Source of the DNA: Candidatus Woesearchaeota archaeon
GTDB lineage: Archaea; Nanobdellota; Nanobdellia; Woesearchaeales; DSVV01
Direction of reading: 5' to 3'
Assembly: GCA_018661705.1 (NCBI GenBank)
Contig: JABJHR010000001.1
Location: forward strand, 47,042 to 111,041
Length of the DNA stretch: 64,000 nt
Shown here: piece by piece, positions 16,976 through 26,477 of the stretch
How positions within the stretch are numbered: the first letter of the stretch is position 1
Layout: each line of letters begins with the position of its first letter
Notes under the pieces: model-generated
Told to the model about the DNA's origin: nothing
Seen by the model: the letters and a program-made list of their open reading frames with translations, nothing else
Database searches by the model: none
Made by a program: the position numbers and the translations under genes

Positions 16976-18022
16976 ATGGCAAGTAAGAGAGATGAATTAT
17001 TACTGAAAATAAGGCAGGAATTAGATAATTGTACAAGGCCATTATTCTTTTTTGATGATGATCCTGATGGTTTATCTAGCTTTCTTCAGCTTTATCGATA
17101 TAAAGAAGCAGGGAAAGGTGTTGTTGTTAAGATTCATCCTGTTTTGGATGAGAAATTCTTAAGAGCTGTTAAAGATTATGGTCCAGACAAGATATTTATC
17201 TTAGATATTCCTAAAGTGAGTGAATCATTTCTTCAAAAACTAAATTTGCCAATTGTTTATATTGATCATCATAATATTTTTGAACATAAACAAGATAATC
17301 TTATTTATTTTAACCCGCATGTTTTTGATGCAAAAGATGAAAGATGTGTTAGTTATTGGTGCCATAAAATAGTAAATCAAAAAGATGATTTATGGATTGC
17401 AATGGTTGGTTGTGTTGGTGATTGGTTTTTGCCTGAATTTAAAAATGAATTTGCAGAAAAATATCCTGATTTGTTAGATGCAAAAGTAAACAAACCAGAA
17501 GATGCTTTGTTTGGTTCTAAATTAGGAAAATTAATTAGAATATTTTCATTTATCCTGAAGGGGCAACATAAAGATGTTGTTGCAAGTATTAAAGTGCTAA
17601 CAAGAATAAAATCACCACACGAAATTCTTAATCAAGAAACATCTCAAGGAAGATTTGTTTATAAAAGATTTGTAGCAATTAACAAATATTATGAAGAATT
17701 AATCAATTCTATTGGTGAAAAGAATATTAATGGTAATGTTTTAGAATTTATGTACACAGAAAAACAATGGTCATTTACTTCTGATTTAAGTAATGAATTA
17801 TTATACAAATTTCCTGATAAAGTAATTATGGTCTGTAGAGAAAAAAGTGGAGAATTTAAATGCAGTCTTCGTTCAAGTAAATTTAAATTACCTAAAAGAA
17901 TTAATGAAGCATTAGAAGGGCTAACTGGTTATGGTGGTGGCCATGATTATGCATGTGGTGCTTGTGTGAAAGTTAGTGATTTCAAAGAATTTCTTAGTAG
18001 ATTTAAAAAATCCTTAAGTTAG
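16976..18022 (+). CDS. DHH/DHHA1 family phosphoesterase (RecJ/NrnA-like)
   Basis: DDDPDG, ILD, IDHH, SLRS and GGGH. Confidence 0.9.
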   Translation: MASKRDELLLKIRQELDNCTRPLFFFDDDPDGLSSFLQLYRYKEAGKGVVVKIHPVLDEKFLRAVKDYGPDKIFILDIPKVSESFLQKLNLPIVYIDHHNIFEHKQDNLIYFNPHVFDAKDERCVSYWCHKIVNQKDDLWIAMVGCVGDWFLPEFKNEFAEKYPDLLDAKVNKPEDALFGSKLGKLIRIFSFILKGQHKDVVASIKVLTRIKSPHEILNQETSQGRFVYKRFVAINKYYEELINSIGEKNINGNVLEFMYTEKQWSFTSDLSNELLYKFPDKVIMVCREKSGEFKCSLRSSKFKLPKRINEALEGLTGYGGGHDYACGACVKVSDFKEFLSRFKKSLS

Positions 18023-18207
18023 TTTTGAGTAATGGGTCTTGAGTTATGGGGGAGTTATCAGTAAGTAGTTCTGAGTATTGCTGATTTTTCTCAATACCAA
18101 TTAACCCATAACCAAATTTCATAACAAATTTACTTTAAACCAACTCATAACTCACTACTCAAAACCCAGAACCATTACTTCTTACTTCCAACTTAGAACT
18201 ACTTACT
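18020..18207. repeat. Family C fold-back spacer
   Basis: AGTTTTGAGTAATGGGTCTTGAGTTATG... / ...CTTCTTACTTCCAACTTAGAACTACTTAC; homologous to 19427, and to 24622 and 62962 in inverted orientation. Confidence 0.8.
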
Positions 18208-18253
18208 CCCTATTAGGAGAATATTTAAATATCTCATCTATTTATAGATATTT

Positions 18254-18928
18254 ATGGTAAGAGTATCTCCCTCATTATTCGGTATGGGTAAAAAGAAATT
18301 AGTAGATGCAGTTAACTCAGCTAAGAATGCAGACTTTTTTCATATTGATGTTACTGATGGGGTGTTTGTTAAGGATAAAAATGGCGGTGCTTCCTTATTC
18401 TTTGATGATTCAGTCCTAGAAATAGTTAAAGAAAATACTGAAATTCCTTTAGACGTTCATTTGATGGTTGCAGATCCAATTAAACATATTGAAAGATATG
18501 CAATGCATAATCCAGAATTTCTTGCTTTTCATATTGAAGCAACTGATGATCCTGAAAAAGTTATCAAAAAAATTAAATCTTTTGCAGTAAAAGTAGTTGT
18601 GGTGGTAAATCCAAGCACTCCTTTGAAAGAAATTGAAAAAATATTAGATCAAGTTGATAAGGTTTTGTTAATGAGTGTAGTTCCAGGTAAGGGTGGTCAA
18701 AAATACATGCCATCTGTTACTAAAAAGATTAAAGAATTAAGAACAATGATTAATGAAAAAGAATTATCAGTACTTATTGAAGTAGATGGCGGGATTAAAT
18801 TAGATAATGTAGAAATTCCAATAATGGCTGGTGTAGACGTGATTGTATCAGGAACAGGGATTTTTAATCATGCTAAATTATCACCTTTTGAAGTAATTGA
18901 AAAAATTAAAGAGGTTGGAGTAGAATGA
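18254..18928 (+). CDS. rpe: ribulose-phosphate 3-epimerase
   Basis: SPS, HIDVTDG, DVHLMV, MSVVPGKGGQ and EVDGG. Confidence 0.95.
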   Translation: MVRVSPSLFGMGKKKLVDAVNSAKNADFFHIDVTDGVFVKDKNGGASLFFDDSVLEIVKENTEIPLDVHLMVADPIKHIERYAMHNPEFLAFHIEATDDPEKVIKKIKSFAVKVVVVVNPSTPLKEIEKILDQVDKVLLMSVVPGKGGQKYMPSVTKKIKELRTMINEKELSVLIEVDGGIKLDNVEIPIMAGVDVIVSGTGIFNHAKLSPFEVIEKIKEVGVE

Positions 18929-19428
18929 AGATTTATTTAGGAGCTGATCATGGTGGTTATGCATTAAAAGAAAAAATTGTAAAATATTTGGATGGGAAAA
19001 ATATTGATTATGAAGATTTAACTACTGATTTTGATCCAAAAGATGATTATCCAAATGTTGCAAAAGAAGTTGGAAAATTAGTAGCTTCTGAAATTGCAGA
19101 TGGAAAAAATACAAAAGGTATTCTAATTTGTGGAACAGGAACAGGAGTAAGTTTAGCTGCAAACAAAGTAAAAGGAATAAGGGCGGCTGCATTAACAACA
19201 GAAGATAAAGTTTTGTTAGCAAGGTTACACAATGATCTTAATATCTTATGTTTAGCAGGCTTAGAGTTTCCTTCAGATCTTCCAAGCAAGGTTAAGGGCA
19301 AATATAATAATTTACTTGACTTTTCAAAAGAATTTCCTGTGAAAAAAGCTATTCCTTTGATTGAAGTATTTCTAAATACCAAATTTGAAGGTGGCAGACA
19401 TAAGAAAAGAGTAGATATGATTTGTTAG
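18925..19428 (+). CDS. rpiB: ribose-5-phosphate isomerase B
   Basis: GADHGG, DYP, ICGTGTG, ANKVKGIRAA, HND.N and FEGGRH..R. Confidence 0.95.
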   Translation: MKIYLGADHGGYALKEKIVKYLDGKNIDYEDLTTDFDPKDDYPNVAKEVGKLVASEIADGKNTKGILICGTGTGVSLAANKVKGIRAAALTTEDKVLLARLHNDLNILCLAGLEFPSDLPSKVKGKYNNLLDFSKEFPVKKAIPLIEVFLNTKFEGGRHKKRVDMIC

Positions 19429-19580
19429 TTTTGAGTAATGGGTTTTGAGTTATGAGTGGGTCATTAGTAAGTAGTTATGAGTTTTGTTGTGTTTTCTTAA
19501 TACTAATTAACCCACAACCAAATCTTATGACAGATCTACTCAAGACCAACCCACTACACATAACTCAAAACACATAACCC
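19427..19580. repeat. Family C fold-back spacer
   Basis: AGTTTTGAGTAATGGGTTTTGAGTTATG..., closely matching 18020. Confidence 0.8.
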
Positions 19581-19652
19581 TTATATTATAATAATATACT
19601 ACTTATATAGTAATATTTATAAAGGAAAAGTTTTTCTTCTAGCTTAGATTAT

Positions 19653-19745
19653 GCACCGGTGGTCTAATGGCTACAGCATTATAGCTGCCATAAATGACTT
19701 CGGCCTTCCAAGCCGGGTATCTGGGTTCAAATCCCGGCCGGTGCA
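19653..19745 (+). tRNA. tRNA-Gly(TCC) with a 21-nt BHB intron in the D-loop (19673-19693)
   Basis: Acceptor stem GCACCGG/CCGGTGC+A; anticodon TCC at 19707-19709; T-arm CTGGG TTCAAAT CCCGG; the insert forms a bulge-helix-bulge. Confidence 0.92.
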
Positions 19746-19808
19746 TTTTTTTACGCTGATGAGAATCAGAGATTAATAAAAACAAAAGTTAAAGCGAGGT
19801 AAAATAAA

Positions 19809-20042
19809 ATGCCATTTGATCCAAATTTAGATAAGAAATTGTTTTCAGAAGAAAAAGAGTTTGAAAGAACAAAAGTAAGTGTAAGTGTTATGAGTTATAA
19901 TGACGGTCCTAAAAAACTGCAAATCTCTAGAGAGAATAAAACCGCAGCAGGCGAAATGCAGTTCGCAAAATTAGGTAGGATGACTAAAGAAGAAGCTGAA
20001 GTAGTTCTTCCAATGATGCAAAAAGCAATTGAGCAAATGTAA
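19809..20042 (+). CDS. small PC4-like putative ssDNA-binding protein
   Basis: VSVMSYNDGPKKLQISRE...FAKLGRMTKEEA pattern; SD GAGGT. Confidence 0.55.
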   Translation: MPFDPNLDKKLFSEEKEFERTKVSVSVMSYNDGPKKLQISRENKTAAGEMQFAKLGRMTKEEAEVVLPMMQKAIEQM

Positions 20043-20102
20043 GTTTGCTTTTTTATTTCTTTTTTTAATATTAATTCTTGGAAAATTCTTCTCTTTTTGA
20101 AA

Positions 20103-20286
20103 AAATTTGTGAGTGACATGTCCTAACGGACCTAGTGTTGTAGTGTGACATGCAGTGTAGCACTTTTCAACAATTGCGGATGCTCTCTTTTTCACGAGGA
20201 CTTTTCTTTGTTTAATTTCAGTGTTTTTTTATTTTTTGCTAGTACTTTGTTTACTAAAGAAAATTACACTTTTTTACTAGGATTTT
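20103..20286 (-). repeat. Family B structured repeat, full copy
   Basis: Reverse complement of 11903-12061 with scattered, partly compensatory substitutions. Confidence 0.9.
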
Positions 20287-20375
20287 TCTTTATTAATAAC
20301 TAATTTTCTCTATATTAACTAATTAAGACAATTTTAAGCATAAACTTAATAAATCTATAGATATAAGTTTACATA

Positions 20376-21101
20376 ATGGTCAAGAAGAAGGTAATGAAGA
20401 AGCCTATAGCTAAGAAAAAGACTAAAGCTAGGCAGAACTCTAAGAAAAAAGAAATAGAGAAAGAAACAGTTATTTGCTTTTGTGCGCATAATGATGATCA
20501 AGTTATAGGTGCTGGTGGAACATTAGCAAAATATGCAAAAGAAGGCAAAGATGTTTATACATATATCTTTTCATACGGTGAATCTTCACATCCCCATCTT
20601 CAAAGAGAAGTAATTGTGAAAAAGAGAGTTGCGGAATCACAAACTTGTGATAAAGCAATGGGTGGAAAAGGAATTTACCATTTGGGATTAAAAGAAGGAA
20701 GTTTTCTAAAAGAGATTGAGTTGCGTGGATTTAAACAAAAGATTAAAGAAATTATTCAAGATAAAAAACCAACAAGAATATTTACACACAGTCAAGATGA
20801 TCCGCATCCTGATCATAGAGTTGTAAATAAAATTGTTAAAGAAATTGTAGATGAACTTAAATTAGAGATTGATTTATATAGTTTTGATGTTTGGAATCCA
20901 TGGACGGCAAGAGGTAGAGATAAGCCTAAGTTAGTTGTGGATATTTCTGCAACATTTGATAAAAAAATTAAAGCACTTAAGTGCCATAAAAGTCAAAAAT
21001 TAACATTATTAAGCATGGTTCCTGCAACATATGCAAGAGCAATTATTCATGGCCTTAATCATTATTGTAAATACGCAGAAGTATTTTATAAAATAAATTA
21101 A
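20376..21101 (+). CDS. PIG-L/LmbE family deacetylase
   Basis: AHNDD, D.HPDH, KIKALKCHKSQ and AEVF; Lys-rich N-terminal tail. Confidence 0.9.
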   Translation: MVKKKVMKKPIAKKKTKARQNSKKKEIEKETVICFCAHNDDQVIGAGGTLAKYAKEGKDVYTYIFSYGESSHPHLQREVIVKKRVAESQTCDKAMGGKGIYHLGLKEGSFLKEIELRGFKQKIKEIIQDKKPTRIFTHSQDDPHPDHRVVNKIVKEIVDELKLEIDLYSFDVWNPWTARGRDKPKLVVDISATFDKKIKALKCHKSQKLTLLSMVPATYARAIIHGLNHYCKYAEVFYKIN

Positions 21102-21102
21102 A

Positions 21103-22254
21103 ATGGAAAAAAAGAAGAAAAAGTTGTTAATCGCAACTGATAGTTTTGTTCCACGATGGGATGGGATTACTAGGTTTTTGCTAGAGGTTATTCCTGGATT
21201 AAGTGAAGAATATGACATTACTGTGGTTGCTCCTGATTTTAAGGCAGATTCTAGTGGTGATCAAGGTGATTTAATTGCACTTGAAGGTATAAACATCATA
21301 AGATTACCTGTGGTAAATATGAACATAGCAGATATTAATTTTAGCTGGTTTCACCCTATAAAACTTAAGAAAATTATGCAGGATCAAGATGTTTTATTTT
21401 CACAAACAATAGGGCCTATAGGGATGTGTGCAATCAAAGCCGCAAAAAAATTAAAAAAACCAGCAATAGCATTTATTCATTCTGTTGAATGGGAATTAGC
21501 TATAAGGAGTATTGATAAATTTAAATTTTTACTTAACAGTTTTATGAAAATGGTAATTCGACATTTCTATAAACGAACTACTTTATTATTAGTGCCTTCT
21601 TTAGAAGTTGGTGAATTATATAAAAAAAATGGTGTTTCCACGCAATATAAGGTTGTTCATTTAGGAACTGATATTAATAAATTTAAACCAACAGCAGATA
21701 AAAAAGAAGCAAAAAAAGCAGTTGATATTAATTCAGAATTTACTGTTATTGGATTTTCAGGAAGAATTGGTAGGGAAAAGAATTTAATTACACTTTATAG
21801 GGCTTTTAGAAGATTAGAAAAAAAGTTTCCTAAATTAAAATTATTGGTTGTTGGGAAAGGAATTAAACAATTAGAAGAAATTTTTTCATCAGATCGAAAT
21901 ATTATTGCTCCCGGGAGTGTTAATAATGTTGTTCCTTATCTTCAAGCTATGGATATATTTGTACTTCCAAGTTTAACAGAAACAAGTAGTTTGGCAACAA
22001 TGGAGGCAATGGCTTGTGGACTTCCAGTAATTACAACTCCTGTTGGTTATGTTAAAGATTATATTATTGAAAAGGAAAATGGTATGTTTTTTCCATTCAA
22101 AAATTCACTTGTTTTATCTTTGAAGATTGAAATGCTTTTAAATGATCTTGTATTAAGAAAAGAATTAGGACAAAAAGCAAGGCAAACAATTGTTGACAAG
22201 TTTAATTGGGATAGAACAATTAAGGATATTAAAGAATATTTGAGGTATTTTTAG
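21103..22254 (+). CDS. GT4 family glycosyltransferase
   Basis: TDSFVPRWDG, GRIGREKN and FVLPSLTETSSLATMEAMACG. Confidence 0.92.
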   Translation: MEKKKKKLLIATDSFVPRWDGITRFLLEVIPGLSEEYDITVVAPDFKADSSGDQGDLIALEGINIIRLPVVNMNIADINFSWFHPIKLKKIMQDQDVLFSQTIGPIGMCAIKAAKKLKKPAIAFIHSVEWELAIRSIDKFKFLLNSFMKMVIRHFYKRTTLLLVPSLEVGELYKKNGVSTQYKVVHLGTDINKFKPTADKKEAKKAVDINSEFTVIGFSGRIGREKNLITLYRAFRRLEKKFPKLKLLVVGKGIKQLEEIFSSDRNIIAPGSVNNVVPYLQAMDIFVLPSLTETSSLATMEAMACGLPVITTPVGYVKDYIIEKENGMFFPFKNSLVLSLKIEMLLNDLVLRKELGQKARQTIVDKFNWDRTIKDIKEYLRYF

Positions 22255-22289
22255 TTTTAATTAGTCAATATTATTTATTGGTGTTTGAT

Positions 22290-22835
22290 ATGGCAAAAGT
22301 AAAAATTTTGATTGAAGGTTATAGTGGGGGAGAAACTAAAGGACATAGTTGCTCGACTATTGTATTAATACAAGATAAAGGCATTAACATAGTGGTTGAT
22401 CCCGGAACATTACCTAATCAAAATCTTTTGAAAGATAAATTAAAGCAAGAAAATTTAACAGTTAAAGACATTACTCATGTTTTTATTACACATTCTCATA
22501 TGGATCATTATAGAAACATTGGTATGTTTCCAACTGCAAAAACAATTGATTTTTGGGGTTTGTGGGAAGGGGATGTTTGGAAAAAACAGGATAAAAAAAT
22601 TACTAAAGATATTTCTTTTGTTAAAACAGCCGGGCATAGTGATGATAGTGTAACTCTTTTAGTTAAAACAAAAAAAGGTGTTATTGCAATTTGCGGAGAT
22701 GTTTTTTGGAAAAAAAATATGCCAGAAAAAGATAACTTTGCTAATGATCATTTGAAATTAAATCAAAGTAGAAAAAAGATTTTAGAACTTGCTGATTATA
22801 TTATCCCTGGCCATGGTGGAATGTTTAAAGTTTAG
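22290..22835 (+). CDS. small MBL-fold metallo-hydrolase
   Basis: VDPG, THSHMDH, GHS, GD and IIPGHG. Confidence 0.9.
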   Translation: MAKVKILIEGYSGGETKGHSCSTIVLIQDKGINIVVDPGTLPNQNLLKDKLKQENLTVKDITHVFITHSHMDHYRNIGMFPTAKTIDFWGLWEGDVWKKQDKKITKDISFVKTAGHSDDSVTLLVKTKKGVIAICGDVFWKKNMPEKDNFANDHLKLNQSRKKILELADYIIPGHGGMFKV

Positions 22836-22842
22836 AATTAGG

Positions 22843-23238
22843 TTATTTTTCATAATGAGTATATTTATGTGGTTTTCCTTTACATTTTTCAATTGGATAC
22901 TTTTTTTCAATAATTTCTAATTTTTCATGTAATGCTTTAGAAATGTTAATTTCTGTTTCATTTGCAAGCGTTAAAAGAAAATATAATGTGTCTGCCAATT
23001 CATGGCTTAACTTTTTTTTGTCGTCTGAATTTTTTAAATATTCTTTTATTTCATCATTGGTTTTAAATCTAAAATGTTCAAGGATTTCTCCTACTTCAAT
23101 GCTTAATCCAATGGCAAGATCTTTAGGATGATGAAATTGTTTCCAATCTCTTAAATCACGAAATTCAATAATTTTCTTTGTTATGGTTTTAATATTTCCA
23201 CTTGATTTAATTTTTGATTCATCTCGGGTTTCTTCCAT
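22843..23238 (-). CDS. MazG-like nucleotide pyrophosphohydrolase (dCTPase/RS21-C6 type)
   Basis: FRDLRDWKQFH.PKDLA..LSIE.GE, ELAD and KYP. Confidence 0.9.
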   Translation of the reverse strand: MEETRDESKIKSSGNIKTITKKIIEFRDLRDWKQFHHPKDLAIGLSIEVGEILEHFRFKTNDEIKEYLKNSDDKKKLSHELADTLYFLLTLANETEINISKALHEKLEIIEKKYPIEKCKGKPHKYTHYEK

Positions 23239-23419
23239 GTTTGTTTGGGGTTTGTTGTAATTAATAAAGTTTTCCAATTTTGATTTTGTCGTCGAAATAT
23301 TTTTTTATTTTTTTATTTTTATTTTTCAATTTTTTCTTTTGTGAATTTTATTATTTTTAGATTTTTTCTTAAATATTTTTCTTATTCTTTTTTCATTTTT
23401 TTTCTTACACTGAAAAAAA

Positions 23420-23436
23420 CGAAACATTTATAAATA
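23420..23436 (+). promoter_or_regulatory. BRE+TATA promoter
   Basis: CGAAACATTTATAAATA upstream of 23502. Confidence 0.7.
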
Positions 23437-23501
23437 AAATTCCCCAAAAAATGATTTATTGACCATTTGGATATTGATAATAAATAAACGAGGTGAAATA
23501 A

Positions 23502-23696
23502 ATGGTTAAAAGAAAAAAAGTTGTGAAAAAGAAAAAGGTAGTAAGAAAGAAAAAGAAAGTAGTAAAGAAGAAAAAAGTAGTTAAAAAGAAAAAGCCAGCA
23601 AAGAAAAAGAAAGTAGTGAAGAAAAAGAAGAAAGTAGTAAAGAAGAAAAAAGTAGCTAAAAAGAAAAAGCCTGCAAAGAGAAAAAAGAAAAGATAA
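23502..23696 (+). CDS. 64-aa extremely Lys-rich repeat protein (histone H1/protamine-like)
   Basis: KKKKKVV and KKKKPA repeats with varied synonymous codons; SD GAGGTGA, own promoter, and a hairpin plus T-tract downstream. Confidence 0.8.
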   Translation: MVKRKKVVKKKKVVRKKKKVVKKKKVVKKKKPAKKKKVVKKKKKVVKKKKVAKKKKPAKRKKKR

Positions 23697-23802
23697 TTTC
23701 TTACTAAATTTTTTTGCAAGCTTATGCTTGCATTTTTACTTTTTTATTTCTATGGTTGTTTTGTTCTAATCATGAATTCTATGTTTTAGAGTTAAATGTA
23801 TG

Positions 23803-23909
23803 AAAAAATAACAACAAATGGGGCATGGACGGACTTTTTTCATTTCATTCAAAAAATCCTATTCGCCTCAAGTAAACTTTCGGCTCACCCAGCCCAGTTG
23901 TTATTTTTT
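23803..23909 (-). repeat. Family A three-way-junction repeat, copy 4 (most diverged)
   Basis: Minus strand: GGGCTGGGTGA-GCC GAAAGTTTACTTGA GGC-GAATA-GGATTTTTT..AAAAAAGTCC-GTCCATGCCC. Confidence 0.85.
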
Positions 23910-23977
23910 AAATAGAAGTGATTAGTTTCTCTATTACAACCCTATTTATATACTATCTCTGCCTTTATAGGCCTTAT

Positions 23978-24616
23978 ATGCAAAAAAACATAATTATCTC
24001 TACACCTTCACACAAATTAACACTTAATTGTCATTTTGATTTTGTTGAAAGAGATAAATTTGAGATTAATAAGGAACTCTTTTTTAATTTGTGTAAAAGT
24101 GGTTGTGTTAATTTTGATCAAAATTATTCCTGTCCTCCTTTTTCTCCGCATTTTAATTCTTATGTGGGCAAAGAAAAGCATTTCTTTGTTTTGTTGCTTA
24201 AAATCAATTTAAATCAGTTTAAAGACTATACCTATATGGATCATCATAAGCTAAGGATTGGAAATGCTGTTATTAAACCAAGAATTGAAAAAATAATGCG
24301 TGCTCTTGAATTATCTTTTGGACCAAAGTTAGCTGGAAAATTTCTTGGTACAGGTGCTTGTAGGTTATGTAAACCATGTCAAAGAAAAGTTAATAAAAAA
24401 TGCAGGTATCCAGATAAACTTAGATTTAGTTTGGAATCATTAGGTGTTGATTGTAATAAACTTTGTTTAAAATTATTTAAATTCCCTTTGCTTTGGTATA
24501 AGGAAAAAAAAGCACCATTGTATACTTCTGTTATTGCTGCTATTCCACTTAATAATATAAATAATAAAAGTGAAATAATTAAGTTAACTAAAAAAGAATT
24601 GAACAAAGTTCTATAA
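23978..24616 (+). CDS. DUF2284-like metal-binding protein
   Basis: C..GC...SCPP, G.CRLCKPC, CRYP..LRFSLESLGVD. Confidence 0.85.
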   Translation: MQKNIIISTPSHKLTLNCHFDFVERDKFEINKELFFNLCKSGCVNFDQNYSCPPFSPHFNSYVGKEKHFFVLLLKINLNQFKDYTYMDHHKLRIGNAVIKPRIEKIMRALELSFGPKLAGKFLGTGACRLCKPCQRKVNKKCRYPDKLRFSLESLGVDCNKLCLKLFKFPLLWYKEKKAPLYTSVIAAIPLNNINNKSEIIKLTKKELNKVL

Positions 24617-24621
24617 CTTAA

Positions 24622-24850
24622 GGTAAGTAGTTCTAAGTTGGAAGTAAGAAGTTGGTTGGTAGATAAAAAGTAAGTAATGAGTTTTGAGTTCTGGGTAATG
24701 TGTTGGTCTTGAGTAGATCTGTTATGAGGTTTGGTTATTGGTTAATTAGTATTGAAAAAATTCAATAATACTCAGAACTACTTACTGTTAGCCCACTCAG
24801 AACCCAAGACCCATTACTCAAAACTAAATTATCTACCTAAATACTTATTA
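24622..24850. repeat. Family C fold-back spacer
   Basis: Inverted homologue of 18020-18207 and 19427-19580. Confidence 0.8.
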
Positions 24851-24875
24851 CTAAGAATTAAAATAAAATATAAAA

Positions 24876-25244
24876 TTAAATATGCATTAGTTTATCGCTT
24901 TCTACTGCAACTAATCTGAAGCTAAGTCCTGCTTTGATTATTGCTGCTAAGATTGCCATGTGTTCTTTTCCACTGCCGGAAGTTAAGTTTAAACCCACTT
25001 CAGTTCCTTCTACTTTGTCACCAAGTGCTTTGGATACAATTTCCATTAGCTCTCTTAAGGATTTCCTTGCATCAACTACAATGAATTCAGTATCTTTAAT
25101 TGGCTGGTATTTTTGTTTTCCAAACTCATTTGTTATGATAAACACTTTTCTCCAGTCTTCTTTCTCAATAACATTTCTCACTTCATTCCAGGTTCCTTTT
25201 CCAGTAGATAAACAAGTTATTAAGTCTGTCATTTTAATGTACAC
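24876..25244 (-). CDS. small Rossmann-like protein, possible stand-alone CARF-like domain
   Basis: LITCLSTG...VFIITN...VGLNLTSGSGKEHMAILAA resembles CARF strand/motif order; the start may be ATG 25232. Confidence 0.5.
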   Translation of the reverse strand: MYIKMTDLITCLSTGKGTWNEVRNVIEKEDWRKVFIITNEFGKQKYQPIKDTEFIVVDARKSLRELMEIVSKALGDKVEGTEVGLNLTSGSGKEHMAILAAIIKAGLSFRLVAVESDKLMHI

Positions 25245-25381
25245 CCCACATGCCTATATATTAAATAGACTATATATTAATATATATAGAGTAAACTAAT
25301 TAATAAAATTAGTGCTTTTTTTGTATCTTTTTAGGATGTTAGTGTAGGGAATGGTATATTCGTCTTCTAAGGGACTTTTCT

Positions 25382-26179
25382 TTATTGGTCCTTGAATCCT
25401 TCTGGTGTCTTTCCAGAATCCCTCACAATCACTAGAAGTCTTCTCATTGCATCTGTTAGGTTTTTGTTTCTTATTAACAAAGTAAATAATTCACCATTAT
25501 CATCAATATCACTAATTACAGAATGATTTCCAATTATTATTATGGTTGGAAGATCTGTGTATTTTTTATCTAAAACTTTTGGAAAATAATTTTTTCTTTG
25601 TTGTCTTTTGTGGCTATTTGGATCTTTTTTATGCCAAACTTGGTTTTCATAAGCTAAATATTGGGGAATTTTTTTCTTTGCTAAAATTTCACTTTGTTTA
25701 TACCAATAATTTTGTAATTTAAAAGAAATTCTCATTCCTGACGTTGCAATGTACTTATCTCCTTCTTTTATGTTATTATATACTTCATCATAAAACATTT
25801 CAGTTCCTTTTCTTCCTTTTGTTAATTCAACAACAGGAAGTTTTGATACACTTTCTCTTTTTAGTTTAAGTTGTGGCATAATCTTTTTTGCTTTTGCTTT
25901 GTTTTCTTCAATCTTTCTTTGTTCTTCATTAAGATAATCTACTATTTTTTCAGGTTGTGCAGAGGTGTAATGTTTTTTCTTGTTTTTAACAACAATACTT
26001 ACTAATCCCTTATGTATTAATTTATCAAGAATCATGTATACTTTTGATGAGCTTACTCCAGATTTTTCAATTATTGAACCTACGGTTGAAGTACCTATTG
26101 ATAATAGTGCTAAATATGTTTTAGATTCACCATCTGTTAGTCCAATTGATTGTAGGGTTTCAAGGAGTTCTTTGTCCAT
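25382..26179 (-). CDS. TrmB-family transcriptional regulator
   Basis: LQSIGLTDGESKTYLALL...SKVY.IL.KL..KGLV wHTH, coiled coil and effector domain. Confidence 0.9.
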   Translation of the reverse strand: MDKELLETLQSIGLTDGESKTYLALLSIGTSTVGSIIEKSGVSSSKVYMILDKLIHKGLVSIVVKNKKKHYTSAQPEKIVDYLNEEQRKIEENKAKAKKIMPQLKLKRESVSKLPVVELTKGRKGTEMFYDEVYNNIKEGDKYIATSGMRISFKLQNYWYKQSEILAKKKIPQYLAYENQVWHKKDPNSHKRQQRKNYFPKVLDKKYTDLPTIIIIGNHSVISDIDDNGELFTLLIRNKNLTDAMRRLLVIVRDSGKTPEGFKDQ

Positions 26180-26347
26180 TTTATTATACTGGGGTAAGAA
26201 GAACTTTGGTTACTTCCTACTTCTTACTTCCTACTTCTTACTTTCCCATATATAAATCTTTCTAATTCAACCCCTCTGGGGGGAGATAAGGCTTATATAC
26301 CTCTAACTTCTAATGAGTAGTAACACAAACAAATTGGGGTGAAGTAC

Positions 26348-26452
26348 ATGGAAGGAAAAGCAAGCATGATATATGAACAAAATCAAGGTTTTGAATTTAA
26401 AATGGGATGGGTGTGTTTAGCTGTAATTATTGCAGTTATGATCTTAATGTAA
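26348..26452 (+). CDS. 34-aa single-TM micro-protein
   Basis: MEGKASMIYEQNQGFEFKMGWVCLAVIIAVMILM*; SD GGGGTGA and TATA at about 26294. Confidence 0.5.
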   Translation: MEGKASMIYEQNQGFEFKMGWVCLAVIIAVMILM

Positions 26453-26477
26453 TGAAATTAAAATGGGGGGAAATAAA

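Noticed and set aside
23456-23719. Phe-rich minus-strand ORF
   Set aside because: Antisense mirror of the Lys-rich gene, which has the promoter and SD.
26210-26244. TTACTTC/CTACTTC heptamer run
   Set aside because: Short single arm; probably a Family C relic and too weak to call separately.
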